From Actinomycetes bacterium (lineage in GTDB: Bacteria > Actinomycetota > Acidimicrobiia > Spongiisociales > UBA5794): DNA of 64,000 nt. The translations under genes and the position numbers were made by a program. Of this stretch, positions 48,832 to 57,503 are shown in pieces. Below the pieces are notes generated by a model. That model was not told the DNA's origin. It saw only the letters and a list, made by a program, of their open reading frames with translations, and searched no databases. The DNA is taken from assembly GCA_023336815.1 (NCBI GenBank), contig JAMBLJ010000105.1:4141-68140 (forward strand), read 5' to 3'. How positions within the stretch are numbered: the first letter of the stretch is position 1; every line of letters begins with the position of its first letter.

Positions 48832-49379
48832 TGCGACTCCGCGCAGTGAGCATTCTCTTCCTGTTATTCGTGTTTCTCGTCGTTGTCGTAGCGCCAGCAA
48901 CTGCCGTAGCGGTGCATTCCGACGACCTCCTTGAAAACGGAGCGATGTACGACGGTCAGGAGATCGTGATCGTTGGCGAACTCATCGGCGATTTCGGGTT
49001 TCGGCGCGACGGGTGGATGTGGACGCAACTCAACGACGATTCATACGCTGAGGCGCCGGTGGTCGAGGGGGGTGCGTTAACGGGGCCCAACTCGGGTATC
49101 GCCGTACGGATGCCAACCGAGATGGGCCGACCTCTCGATGCACCAGGTCGATATCGCACCGTGGGCCCTGTTGTCGAGGCCACGGGCATCTGGAAGTACC
49201 ACGACGCGTCCCGCGCGGGCGAGACGTTCCTCGAGGTCACATCGATCCGCGTCGTTCAGCCAGGTCGTCGACTATCCGAGCACCCGAACGGTGCGGCGTA
49301 CGGTGCCGGTGTCGTTCTCCTTCTTTTGTCCGGGCTCCTTGGACGTCAGTACATTCACAAGCGCGATGCACTGACGTGA
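48828..49379 (+). CDS. Exported protein with N-terminal signal/anchor and C-terminal TM (hypothetical), last gene of the trk operon
   Basis: ATGA-coupled to trkH. MMRLRAVSILFLLFVFLVVVVAPATAVA signal; C-terminal GAGVVLLLLSGLLGRQYIHKRD. Confidence 0.5.
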   Translation: MMRLRAVSILFLLFVFLVVVVAPATAVAVHSDDLLENGAMYDGQEIVIVGELIGDFGFRRDGWMWTQLNDDSYAEAPVVEGGALTGPNSGIAVRMPTEMGRPLDAPGRYRTVGPVVEATGIWKYHDASRAGETFLEVTSIRVVQPGRRLSEHPNGAAYGAGVVLLLLSGLLGRQYIHKRDALT

Positions 49380-49388
49380 GCCGTCCGG

Positions 49389-50006
49389 CTACGCCCCAAC
49401 GTTGAAGTGTTGTTCGATCTTGGAATCGAGTCCCGCACGCGACATCTGGCCCGTCACGACCTCGCGCACGATCCCATCGGCATCGATGAACACCGTTGTT
49501 GGCATGCCGATCCCGCCGAAGGCGTTGTACACGACACCCTGAGGGTCGCGCGTCAACTGATAGGTGACACCCGTGTCGATCTTGAGACTGTCCGCTGCGC
49601 CCTGATCGTCCTGGAGGTTCACGCCGATAAACGCAACATCTTCGCCGTGGGCGTTACTTGAGTCTTCGAAATCGGGCATCTCTGCGACACAGAACGGGCA
49701 CCAGGATGCCCAGAAATTGAGGACGACCGGAGTCCCGGCTGTTGCGTAGTCCGCAAGGATGACGGTTTCGCCGTCGAATCCCTCCATTTCAACAGATGGC
49801 GCTGGTGAACCGGTCGACGCCTGACCTTCGACGACCGCCGAACCCTCAGGAGCAGGGAGCGTAAGGAGGACGCCAACGAGCGCGGCAACACCGAGTACTC
49901 CTGCGCCGATCCACGTGTAGCGACGAATGTTCGCCTTCCGCTGGGCATCCTTCTTGCGTTGGGTTCGCTTCTCGCTGCTCTTCTGTTGCTGCTGGCTCCG
50001 TGACAC
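49389..50006 (-). CDS. TlpA/ResA-like membrane-anchored thioredoxin-fold thiol:disulfide oxidoreductase
   Basis: GTG start with GAGGAG RBS. TM anchor, then VVLNFWASWCPFCVAEMP (CxxC). Confidence 0.85.
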   Translation of the reverse strand: MSRSQQQQKSSEKRTQRKKDAQRKANIRRYTWIGAGVLGVAALVGVLLTLPAPEGSAVVEGQASTGSPAPSVEMEGFDGETVILADYATAGTPVVLNFWASWCPFCVAEMPDFEDSSNAHGEDVAFIGVNLQDDQGAADSLKIDTGVTYQLTRDPQGVVYNAFGGIGMPTTVFIDADGIVREVVTGQMSRAGLDSKIEQHFNVGA

Positions 50007-50072
50007 CGTGGTCTCCTCGTCGTTTTTTTTTGTTGAGCGTTCGTTGAAAATGTGTTGCTGTGTTGACCGGTT

Positions 50073-51008
50073 TCAGCTCACTTCGAGATCCTCGGTGTGG
50101 GCTTGGGTGGTATCGATGTCTACGTCCTCGAAATCGATGGGATCGGTGTCATCGGATTGCAGACGTCCAGACAGTCGCCGGAACAGCATCACCGACAGAA
50201 TCCCGAGCAATATGACACCTAGGGTGAGCATCACCGGTCTGCCGTAGGTACCGGCGTATCGCTCGATGGCAGAAGTGAAATCGCCGACGAACCCGACGAT
50301 CGGGTCATCCCCGAGGGTCGCCGCTGAACCGAACTTGACACGACCCCAGTAGTAGGTGAGGTAGAGGCCAGCCACCGTCAGCATCGTGCCCGTGATACGA
50401 CCCATATACGGCATGAGCTTTCGCACCGATCGTACGAGTCCGTCTCGCACGAGTGCGGCGCCTGTGGAGAAGAGGATCAGCATGATGGCCATACCCGTCC
50501 CATAGGCGACGAGAACGAGAAGTGCCGATCCCGGACCCTGGGTCGCGAGTGACGCCCCGATGACAGCGAGGAATACGGGCAGTGTGCAGCCGAGCGAGGC
50601 CACGCCATACCCGATCCCGAATACGAACATCGTCTTTGGCTGGCGGTTGTGTTCAGGTCGGACAGGGTTGGCGATCGTCATAGAGAGTTTCCGACCGAAG
50701 AACGTCCCGATTCCTACAACGAGCAGCGTCAGACCCAGGACGATCCCAACCCAGGGGATCGCCCTCACGATCTGCGTGGCGCCGTAGGTGATCGGAATTC
50801 CGACGATCGCGAATACGAGCAGGAAGCCTCCGGTGACCATCAGGCCTGTGAGGAGACCTTGTGCCATTCTGCTGCTGGCCGATGGAAGCTGGTCTTCATC
50901 AGCCCCCACATAGAACGTGAGATACGCTGGCAGCATGGCGAAGCCGCAGGGATTGATCGTCGACAGCCCGCCGGCTGCGAGGGCAAGTGTGAGGGGTGCT
51001 AGATCCAT
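50073..51008 (-). CDS. ccdA: Cytochrome c-type biogenesis / disulfide reductant transporter CcdA (DsbD-beta family)
   Basis: STINPCGFAMLPAYL (first conserved Cys) and GIGYGVASLGCTLPVFLAVI (second Cys), 6-8 TM. Confidence 0.85.
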   Translation of the reverse strand: MDLAPLTLALAAGGLSTINPCGFAMLPAYLTFYVGADEDQLPSASSRMAQGLLTGLMVTGGFLLVFAIVGIPITYGATQIVRAIPWVGIVLGLTLLVVGIGTFFGRKLSMTIANPVRPEHNRQPKTMFVFGIGYGVASLGCTLPVFLAVIGASLATQGPGSALLVLVAYGTGMAIMLILFSTGAALVRDGLVRSVRKLMPYMGRITGTMLTVAGLYLTYYWGRVKFGSAATLGDDPIVGFVGDFTSAIERYAGTYGRPVMLTLGVILLGILSVMLFRRLSGRLQSDDTDPIDFEDVDIDTTQAHTEDLEVS

Positions 51009-51039
51009 CCTTGCCCTCCTTGGAACTGCCAGTCAATGC

Positions 51040-52326
51040 TCATGATTCCACCAGGTCCGTGTCCGGGCGGAAGGCTGCCCATGAGAACCAGAACGTCCTC
51101 ACAAACGTCACCGGTACGAGTCTTGAACCCTCGAGGGATCCGGAAACGGCCTCCCCGAGAATGTTCCATTGCGAGGATGTCTGGTCGTCGATGAACGTAT
51201 CTCCCTTGACACTGAAGGTCAGCTCCTGGTCCCCGACCACTGCCGAGAACACACCAACCGTGCCGACGTCCCGTCCGGCTGTGATGTCCGAAGTGTCAAG
51301 TGCGGATGCTTCGCCTGCCTGCCACAGGATGGTCAGCGGCTCGCCGTCGAATTCGGCTTGTGTTGCAACGGCGTCCGCATCGCCACTGAGGAAGTCGATC
51401 GTCCACGCTGCAGCTGCGTTCTCGCTTTCGATGGCGACGATTCGCTGCATCGCCTTTGCCCGCACATCGACCTCACCGTTGAAGAGGAAGGGCTGGCCGT
51501 TCGGATCATCGAGTCCGGTGTAGGGGTTCGTTCCGTAGCGACGTGATGCACCGGTGCGATCCCTGTCGAGTACCTGTGCGTTGGGCCGCGACTCCTTCAC
51601 CGTGGCCCACGACATCGTTGACGATGGATACTGGGCAAGAACGTCACCCGTCAGTACACCGATGACTGCTCGTCCGTCGAGCTGGTTCCACAGAGACTCT
51701 GTTGCACGGTCGTACATCACGAGGTTGGCGTTGTAGAGGTTCCCCGAGGTTCCAAAGGTTGTCTCGACTCCCCGCACGACTCGCTCAAACGAGATGGCCG
51801 AGTTGCACAACGGACAGTAGGTCACTGCGAGTGCGAGGCCCCCGACGGTGTCGTTCACGATCTCATGCCACATCATGATCTGGATGGGGTACACCCGTAC
51901 ATCGCCCTCGACATCTACGACAAGGACGGGTTCGACGTCGTTGAGCCAGGCGTCAGCGGCTGTCACCGAGATGAACTCAGGATTGTCGATCGGCGGGATA
52001 CCGTCAGGCGGAGGCCCCCCCGAAAGAACGTCCTGCGGATCGATCAACGGTTCGGGGAACGCGTCGTCATATCGGTTGTCGAGCGCAGACGTTCCCTCGG
52101 GGAGTTCGCCGTTATTGACGAACGCAGTCGTCGACGTCGGCGTCTTGGGAGCGTTTGGGGATGTCGTGTCCTCTGCCAGGGTTTCGCCGGATGCCGCGTC
52201 GTCTGTGCCACTCGCCGAAGAGCAAGCCGCCGCGGTGAGAGCGATCGATGCGAGGAGAACGATCAGTTTAGATTTCGTGGTCACGAGGGCCTCGTTCGGT
52301 GGTCCAGGGATGAGTGTGTTGCCCAA
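51040..52326 (-). CDS. DUF3179-family exported lipoprotein with CPLC motif
   Basis: Lipobox LLASIALTAAAC. Conserved VYPIQIMMWHEIVNDTVGGLALAVTYCPLCNS core as in DUF3179. Same strand as and immediately upstream of ccdA-tlpA. Confidence 0.6.
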   Translation of the reverse strand: MGNTLIPGPPNEALVTTKSKLIVLLASIALTAAACSSASGTDDAASGETLAEDTTSPNAPKTPTSTTAFVNNGELPEGTSALDNRYDDAFPEPLIDPQDVLSGGPPPDGIPPIDNPEFISVTAADAWLNDVEPVLVVDVEGDVRVYPIQIMMWHEIVNDTVGGLALAVTYCPLCNSAISFERVVRGVETTFGTSGNLYNANLVMYDRATESLWNQLDGRAVIGVLTGDVLAQYPSSTMSWATVKESRPNAQVLDRDRTGASRRYGTNPYTGLDDPNGQPFLFNGEVDVRAKAMQRIVAIESENAAAAWTIDFLSGDADAVATQAEFDGEPLTILWQAGEASALDTSDITAGRDVGTVGVFSAVVGDQELTFSVKGDTFIDDQTSSQWNILGEAVSGSLEGSRLVPVTFVRTFWFSWAAFRPDTDLVES

Positions 52327-52387
52327 TCAACGAACGTTGCTGGCTCTGACTCCCTGAACTGTCGGAATAACGACGTTGTCCCGATGG

Positions 52388-52460
52388 CAGATACCAGACA
52401 GCAGATGCCAGGTGTGAGACGGCAGATGTCTGTGCTCTGCTGTCTGGTATCTGTTGTCTG
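52388..52460. repeat. Dispersed intergenic repeat, copy R5 (17-bp perfect inverted repeat CAGATACCAGACAGCAG ... CTGCTGTCTGGTATCTG, then CTGTTGTCTG)
   Basis: Arms at 52388-52404 and 52437-52453 are exact reverse complements. CTGTTGTCTG at 52451-52460 is followed by a TATAAT (52473-52478) upstream of the PPase gene. Confidence 0.7.
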
Positions 52461-52525
52461 ATCTCTTTCGCCTATAATGCCGCCGGTTTCAAGGTTCCCC
52501 CAAAACGCAACCAGGAGTGATTTCT

Positions 52526-54601
52526 GTGAATCCCGACGTATGGCTCTACGTGGCCGCTCTGATGGGCATAGCTGCCCTTGTCCTCGCTGCCGTGTACGGC
52601 CGCCAGGTGGTCGCTGAGTCCCCAGGCAACGAACGGATGGTCAGCCTCATGGGTGCGATCCGTGAGGGTTCTATGGCGTTCATGCGTCGCGAGTATCTGG
52701 CCATCGCCGTCTTCGTCGGTGTGATGGCTGTGCTCATCTTCGTTCTCCTCGACTGGGGTCGACCGTGGGGAGCTGTCGCGTATGTGTTCGGTGCCGCCTT
52801 GTCGGCTCTTGCGGGTTTCATCGGTATGCGTATTGCGACCGCCGCCAACGCCCGAACAGCGGAGGCTGCCAGGGTCGGTGGTACCGCCAAGGCACTACCG
52901 GTTGCCTTCCGTGGCGGTGCTGTGATGGGGTTCACCGTTGCGGGTCTTGGCTTGTTGGGTTTCGCCGTTGGCATGTACGTGTTCAAAGACCTTCTCAACC
53001 TAGAAGAAGACTGGGTCAACGTTGTGACGGCGATCGGCCTTGGTGCATCATCGATCGCACTGTTCGCCCGCGTCGGCGGCGGTATCTACACGAAGGCTGC
53101 TGATGTTGGCGCCGACCTCGTCGGCAAGGTTGAGGCGGGTATCCCTGAGGACGATCCGCGGAACCCTGCCACGATCGCCGACAATGTTGGAGACAACGTT
53201 GGAGACGTTGCCGGCATGGGTGCCGACCTCTTTGAGTCGTATGTGGGTTCCCTCATAGCCCCGATCGCTTTCGCAGCGATCGTCTTCGGTGGTCAGGCCT
53301 ACCTGCCGAACCTTATCTTCTACCCCTTGATGATCGCCTCGATCGGTATGGGCGCATCCATCATCGGATCGTTCCTCGTGAGACCCAAGGGTGACGATCT
53401 TGCCAAAGCTCTTCACACGGGAACCTGGGCGGCGTCTGCGATCACCGTCGTTGGTGTTGCGATCCTGACACCGGTCATGTTCAACGATGTTGATGGCATC
53501 AAGAACCCATGGGGGTTCTTCGTCGCGGTCATCGTCGGCTTGCTCATCGGGATCATCGTCGGCAAGATCTCTGAGTGGTATACCTCTGACCACTACAAGA
53601 CCGTGAAAGAGATCGCGAGACAATCAGAGACGGGCCCCGCGACCGTGGTCCTTGCTGGTATCGCAGAGGGCAAGAAGTCCGCCGCATATTCGGTCATCGT
53701 GGTTGCTCTCGGGATGGGTGCAGCCCATTGGGGTGGCGAGCTTGCAATCGATGGCGGTGGCATCTATGGCGTTGCGATCGCTGCGATCGGTGTGCTTGCA
53801 ACTCTCGGGATCACCGTGTCCGTCGATGCCTACGGACCGATCGCGGACAACGCGGGAGGCATAGCCGAGATGGCGAATCTTGACCCTGAGGTTCGGGAAG
53901 CTACCGACCAGCTCGATGCCCTCGGCAACACCACCGCGGCAGTAGCGAAGGGCTTCGCTATCGCATCGGCAGCTGTTACGGCTCTCGCACTGTTCTTCAC
54001 GTTCTCCAAAGCGGTGGGTGTTGAGGAGTTCAACATCCTCGACATCAAGGTTGTTATGGGTCTCTTCATCGGAGGGATGTTCCCGTATCTCTTCGCTGCG
54101 ATGACCATCCAAGCTGTTGGGCGAGCTGCCTTTGAGATGATCGAAGAAGTACGTCGACAGTTCCGTGAGATCCCCGGTCTGCGTGAGGGGAAAGAGGGTG
54201 TTGTACCCGAGTACGCCAAGTGCGTTGACATCTCCACGAAGTCGTCCCTGAGAGAGATGATCATCCCTGGTTCCCTAGCCGTAGCCCTGCCGCTTGTTGT
54301 CGGGTTCATCTCCGTCGAGATGCTTGGTGGTGTGCTCGCAGGTGCCCTGGTGTCAGGATTCCTACTCGCGATCTACATGGCAAACGCCGGTGGAGCCTGG
54401 GACAATGCAAAGAAGTTCATCGAGGCTGGCGCCTTTGGTGGCAAGGGTTCCGATGCCCACAAGGCCGCCGTGGTCGGCGACACCATCGGAGATCCGTTCA
54501 AGGACACGTCAGGGCCAGCGATGAACATCGTCATCAAGGTCATGACGATCGTTTCATTGATCTTTGCCTCGGCGTTCGTCAGTGCCGGCGGACTGCTGTA
54601 G
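52526..54601 (+). CDS. hppA: Membrane-bound proton/sodium-translocating pyrophosphatase (M-PPase), K+-dependent subtype by motif
   Basis: AGGAG lies 8 nt before GTG 52526. 15-16 TM. DVGADLVGKVE, DNVGDNVGD and GNTTAAVAKG motifs. Ala at both discriminating positions of GNTT(A/K)Ax(x/T)KG indicates the K+-dependent class. Confidence 0.88.
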   Translation: MNPDVWLYVAALMGIAALVLAAVYGRQVVAESPGNERMVSLMGAIREGSMAFMRREYLAIAVFVGVMAVLIFVLLDWGRPWGAVAYVFGAALSALAGFIGMRIATAANARTAEAARVGGTAKALPVAFRGGAVMGFTVAGLGLLGFAVGMYVFKDLLNLEEDWVNVVTAIGLGASSIALFARVGGGIYTKAADVGADLVGKVEAGIPEDDPRNPATIADNVGDNVGDVAGMGADLFESYVGSLIAPIAFAAIVFGGQAYLPNLIFYPLMIASIGMGASIIGSFLVRPKGDDLAKALHTGTWAASAITVVGVAILTPVMFNDVDGIKNPWGFFVAVIVGLLIGIIVGKISEWYTSDHYKTVKEIARQSETGPATVVLAGIAEGKKSAAYSVIVVALGMGAAHWGGELAIDGGGIYGVAIAAIGVLATLGITVSVDAYGPIADNAGGIAEMANLDPEVREATDQLDALGNTTAAVAKGFAIASAAVTALALFFTFSKAVGVEEFNILDIKVVMGLFIGGMFPYLFAAMTIQAVGRAAFEMIEEVRRQFREIPGLREGKEGVVPEYAKCVDISTKSSLREMIIPGSLAVALPLVVGFISVEMLGGVLAGALVSGFLLAIYMANAGGAWDNAKKFIEAGAFGGKGSDAHKAAVVGDTIGDPFKDTSGPAMNIVIKVMTIVSLIFASAFVSAGGLL

Positions 54602-54640
54602 GAACAGACGAAAGACAATGGATCGCTTGGCTGTCAGAGC

Positions 54641-54698
54641 GCCGATGGTGAGCTGGTATCAGGCTCTGTCATCTGATATCTGCGTTCTGTTGTCTGAT
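54641..54698. repeat. Dispersed intergenic repeat, copy R6
   Basis: ctgtcagagc...gctggtatcaggctctgtcatctgatatctgcgttCTGTTGTCTGattg has the same 10-mer core and CAGA/TCTG units. Confidence 0.6.
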
Positions 54699-54719
54699 TG
54701 CCCCTAGTCTCACGGGTTC

Positions 54720-56048
54720 ATGAAAATTGTCATCGTGGGTGCGGGTGCTGTTGGGTCGTTCCTCGCAGAAAAACTGTCGTACGAGGGCCAGGATGTCGTT
54801 GTCATCGAGTCCGACCCCGTACGAGCAGCGGTAGCGCAGGGCGAGATCGATTGTCTTGTCATCAACGGGAACGGAGCGTCGGTCGAGACACTGAAACAGG
54901 CAGGTCTCAAGGATGCTGATCTGCTGATCGCCGTGAGCTCATCCGATGCTGTGAACGTGCTTGCATGTGCAGCGGGGACGAAGCTCAACATCCCTCGAAA
55001 AGTTGCTCGAGTCGAGGACCCTCAACTCAAGGCGGAGGTGGAGGCGCTCGGTGTGGACCTCGTCATCGACCCTGATGAAGCAGCCGCACGCGAACTACTC
55101 CAACTCGCTTCAAGCGGTGACATCGCAGAAATCATCGAATTCGCCAACGGCCAACTCGTTCTTCTCGGAGCGTTCGTCGACCCCGGTGCGTCATTCGTTG
55201 GCCGCACCCTCGCCGATTTGAAAGCGACCGTTGTCAACTGGGATTGGCTTGTCGTGGCGGTCATACGACACGGCGAAACGATCATCGCTCGAGGATCGAC
55301 CACCCTCGAGGTACACGACCATGTGTTGATGATGGCGATGAAGGGCAGCACAGAACAGGCGTATTCGTGGCTCGGACTCTCGAGCAGACCTGCAGAAAAG
55401 GTCATCGTGCTCGGAGGCACCCGTCTCGCCAAGCTGACAGCTCGCATGCTTTCGAACAGCGGCGTTTCTACCACCTTGATCGAGTCAGACATGGAGCGGT
55501 GCCGTGTGATCGCTACGGAGCTTCCGGGTGTTGTCACCGTGTGTGGTGACCCCATCGATCCAAAGCTTCTGCTTGCCGAGGGTGTTGCCTCTGCTGACAC
55601 AGTCATGGCCCTCACCGGATGGGACGGCGAGAACGTTCTCGGCGCACTCGCCGCTAAGTCGCTTGGTGCCGGTGAGGTGATCGCACGCTTTACCAACACC
55701 GACCTGGTCGGTCTGGTCTACGGCGTGGGATTGGACGCAACGGTCAGCTCGCGTCTATCTGCGGCGAACGAGATTCTCCGCTTCGTGCGGAGGGGCGTGA
55801 TCCATTCGGTCGTAACGTTCACCGACTCAGACGCCGAGGCGATAGAACTCGAGGTCGGTCCGAACAGTCCTGCGATCGGCAAGACGCTTGCCGATCTGAA
55901 GCTTCCGCACTCCCTCATCATCGGTGGTGTCCAGCGTGGCGACGATGCATTCGTCCCGAGAGGCAACACGAAGATCGAGGCTGGTGATCATCTGATCGTG
56001 ATCGCTCTGCCCGAGGCGATCAAGACAGCAGAGAAACTCTCCGGCTGA
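54720..56048 (+). CDS. trkA: TrkA K+ uptake NAD-binding protein, full-length tandem (2x RCK_N-RCK_C)
   Basis: MKIVIVGAGAVGSFLA and a second Rossmann motif VIVLGGTRLAKLTA. 442 aa. No SD; TAGTCT lies 9 nt upstream of the ATG, a possible leaderless mRNA. Confidence 0.88.
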   Translation: MKIVIVGAGAVGSFLAEKLSYEGQDVVVIESDPVRAAVAQGEIDCLVINGNGASVETLKQAGLKDADLLIAVSSSDAVNVLACAAGTKLNIPRKVARVEDPQLKAEVEALGVDLVIDPDEAAARELLQLASSGDIAEIIEFANGQLVLLGAFVDPGASFVGRTLADLKATVVNWDWLVVAVIRHGETIIARGSTTLEVHDHVLMMAMKGSTEQAYSWLGLSSRPAEKVIVLGGTRLAKLTARMLSNSGVSTTLIESDMERCRVIATELPGVVTVCGDPIDPKLLLAEGVASADTVMALTGWDGENVLGALAAKSLGAGEVIARFTNTDLVGLVYGVGLDATVSSRLSAANEILRFVRRGVIHSVVTFTDSDAEAIELEVGPNSPAIGKTLADLKLPHSLIIGGVQRGDDAFVPRGNTKIEAGDHLIVIALPEAIKTAEKLSG

Positions 56049-56051
56049 TCT

Positions 56052-57503
56052 GTGTCCTGGCGCCACCTCCTCCACGTTGTCGGCGCCGTCCTCGGTGCCA
56101 TCGGGTTATCGATGCTGGCCCCGATCGTTGTCAGTGCGATCTATCAGGAATGGTCGGAGATCCCAGGCCTCTTCCTCGCTGCTTTCCTGACGACGCTCAC
56201 CGGATATGTCCTGTGGCGTGTGTTCGACCGGCCTGGCGAGTTGAGCACGAGGGAAGGTTTCGCTGCTGTGGGGCTTGCGTGGATCGCGCTCGCGATCGCT
56301 GGCGCACTTCCCTATCTGTTCACGGGTGCCGTGAGCAGTATCACGGATGCTGTATTCGAATCCGCGTCAGGGATCACGACAACGGGTGCATCGATCGTGC
56401 CAGATCCCGGGATGCTCTCCCACGGAATACTCATGTGGCGGTCGCTGACTCAATGGATCGGTGGGATGGGGATCATCGTGCTTTCCGTTGCGATCCTGCC
56501 GCTTCTGGGAATGGGTGCGATGCAGTTGGCTCGAGCAGAGTCGCCAGGGCCGATGCCCGATCGGTTGACGCCGAGGTTCCGGGAGACAGCGAAACGGTTG
56601 TGGTTCGTGTACCTCGTACTCACAGGGGCAGAGGTGATCATGCTCTGGCTCGGAGAGATGACCCTCTTCGAGGCTGTCAATCATTCCCTGACCACGTTGT
56701 CGACCGGCGGGTTCTCGACGAACGTCGGCTCGCTCGGCGCTTTCTCGTCCTATTCGCAGTGGGTCGTGATCCTGTTCATGACGCTTGCTGGTATGTCCTT
56801 CGCCCTCCACTACAAGTTCGTTCGACGGGATCGCAAGACATACTTCAGATCTGGCGGTGTGCGTGTCTACCTTGGGATTGTTGCCTTTGCTGCAGTTCTC
56901 ATGGCAGTAGGTACGTGGGGTGGAGACGTATCGACGACGATACGGGACGCCGTTTTCACATCGCTCACGATCGTGACGACGACCGGCTACGGCACCGTGG
57001 ATTTCGCACAATGGATCCCGTCGCTCGAGATCATGATCGTCGGTTTGATGTTCGTTGGCGGGATGGCCGGTTCCACATCAGGGGCGATAAAGACCGACCG
57101 GTTAGAGATCCTCTACGAGGCATCACGTACCGACGTACGACGGCTCATCCACCCCCGTGGTGTCTTCGTCACACGTATCAGTGGCAATCCTGTTCCCGAC
57201 CTCGTTGTTGAGACCGTCCAAACGTTCTTCCTCCTGTACATGTTCGCGTTCATGACGGGAACCTTCCTGCTTGCGATCATCGGATCGCTCGCAGGGTCGA
57301 ACCTCGACATGGTCTCGACGGTTTCGGCGGTTGCAACGTCGATCGGCAACGTCGGGCCTGGTCTTGGCGACGTGGGGCCCACCTCGAACTATCTTGCGAT
57401 CCCCGCGGCTGGAAAGTGGCTGCTATCGGCACTCATGATCGTCGGTCGTCTCGAGATCCTCCCCATTCTTATTCTTTTCAACCGTGAGGTATGGAGGAAG
57501 TAG
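56052..57503 (+). CDS. trkH: TrkH K+ transporter membrane subunit
   Basis: 483-aa polytopic protein with P-loop motifs (GITTTGASI, LSTGGFST, TTTGYGTVD). Confidence 0.88.
   Translation: MSWRHLLHVVGAVLGAIGLSMLAPIVVSAIYQEWSEIPGLFLAAFLTTLTGYVLWRVFDRPGELSTREGFAAVGLAWIALAIAGALPYLFTGAVSSITDAVFESASGITTTGASIVPDPGMLSHGILMWRSLTQWIGGMGIIVLSVAILPLLGMGAMQLARAESPGPMPDRLTPRFRETAKRLWFVYLVLTGAEVIMLWLGEMTLFEAVNHSLTTLSTGGFSTNVGSLGAFSSYSQWVVILFMTLAGMSFALHYKFVRRDRKTYFRSGGVRVYLGIVAFAAVLMAVGTWGGDVSTTIRDAVFTSLTIVTTTGYGTVDFAQWIPSLEIMIVGLMFVGGMAGSTSGAIKTDRLEILYEASRTDVRRLIHPRGVFVTRISGNPVPDLVVETVQTFFLLYMFAFMTGTFLLAIIGSLAGSNLDMVSTVSAVATSIGNVGPGLGDVGPTSNYLAIPAAGKWLLSALMIVGRLEILPILILFNREVWRK

Noticed and set aside
50026-50035. 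T10 homopolymer run between ccdA and tlpA-like genes, considered as a terminator or slippage site.
   Set aside because: No preceding stable hairpin on either strand. On the coding (minus) strand it is an A-run immediately upstream of the GAGGAG RBS of the tlpA-like gene, so it is more likely part of the intercistronic spacer.
1702-54698. Considered whether the CAGACA/TGTCTG repeats are a CRISPR array.
   Set aside because: Copies are dispersed over 50 kb in separate intergenic gaps. They are not regularly spaced direct repeats with unique spacers, and no cas genes are present.
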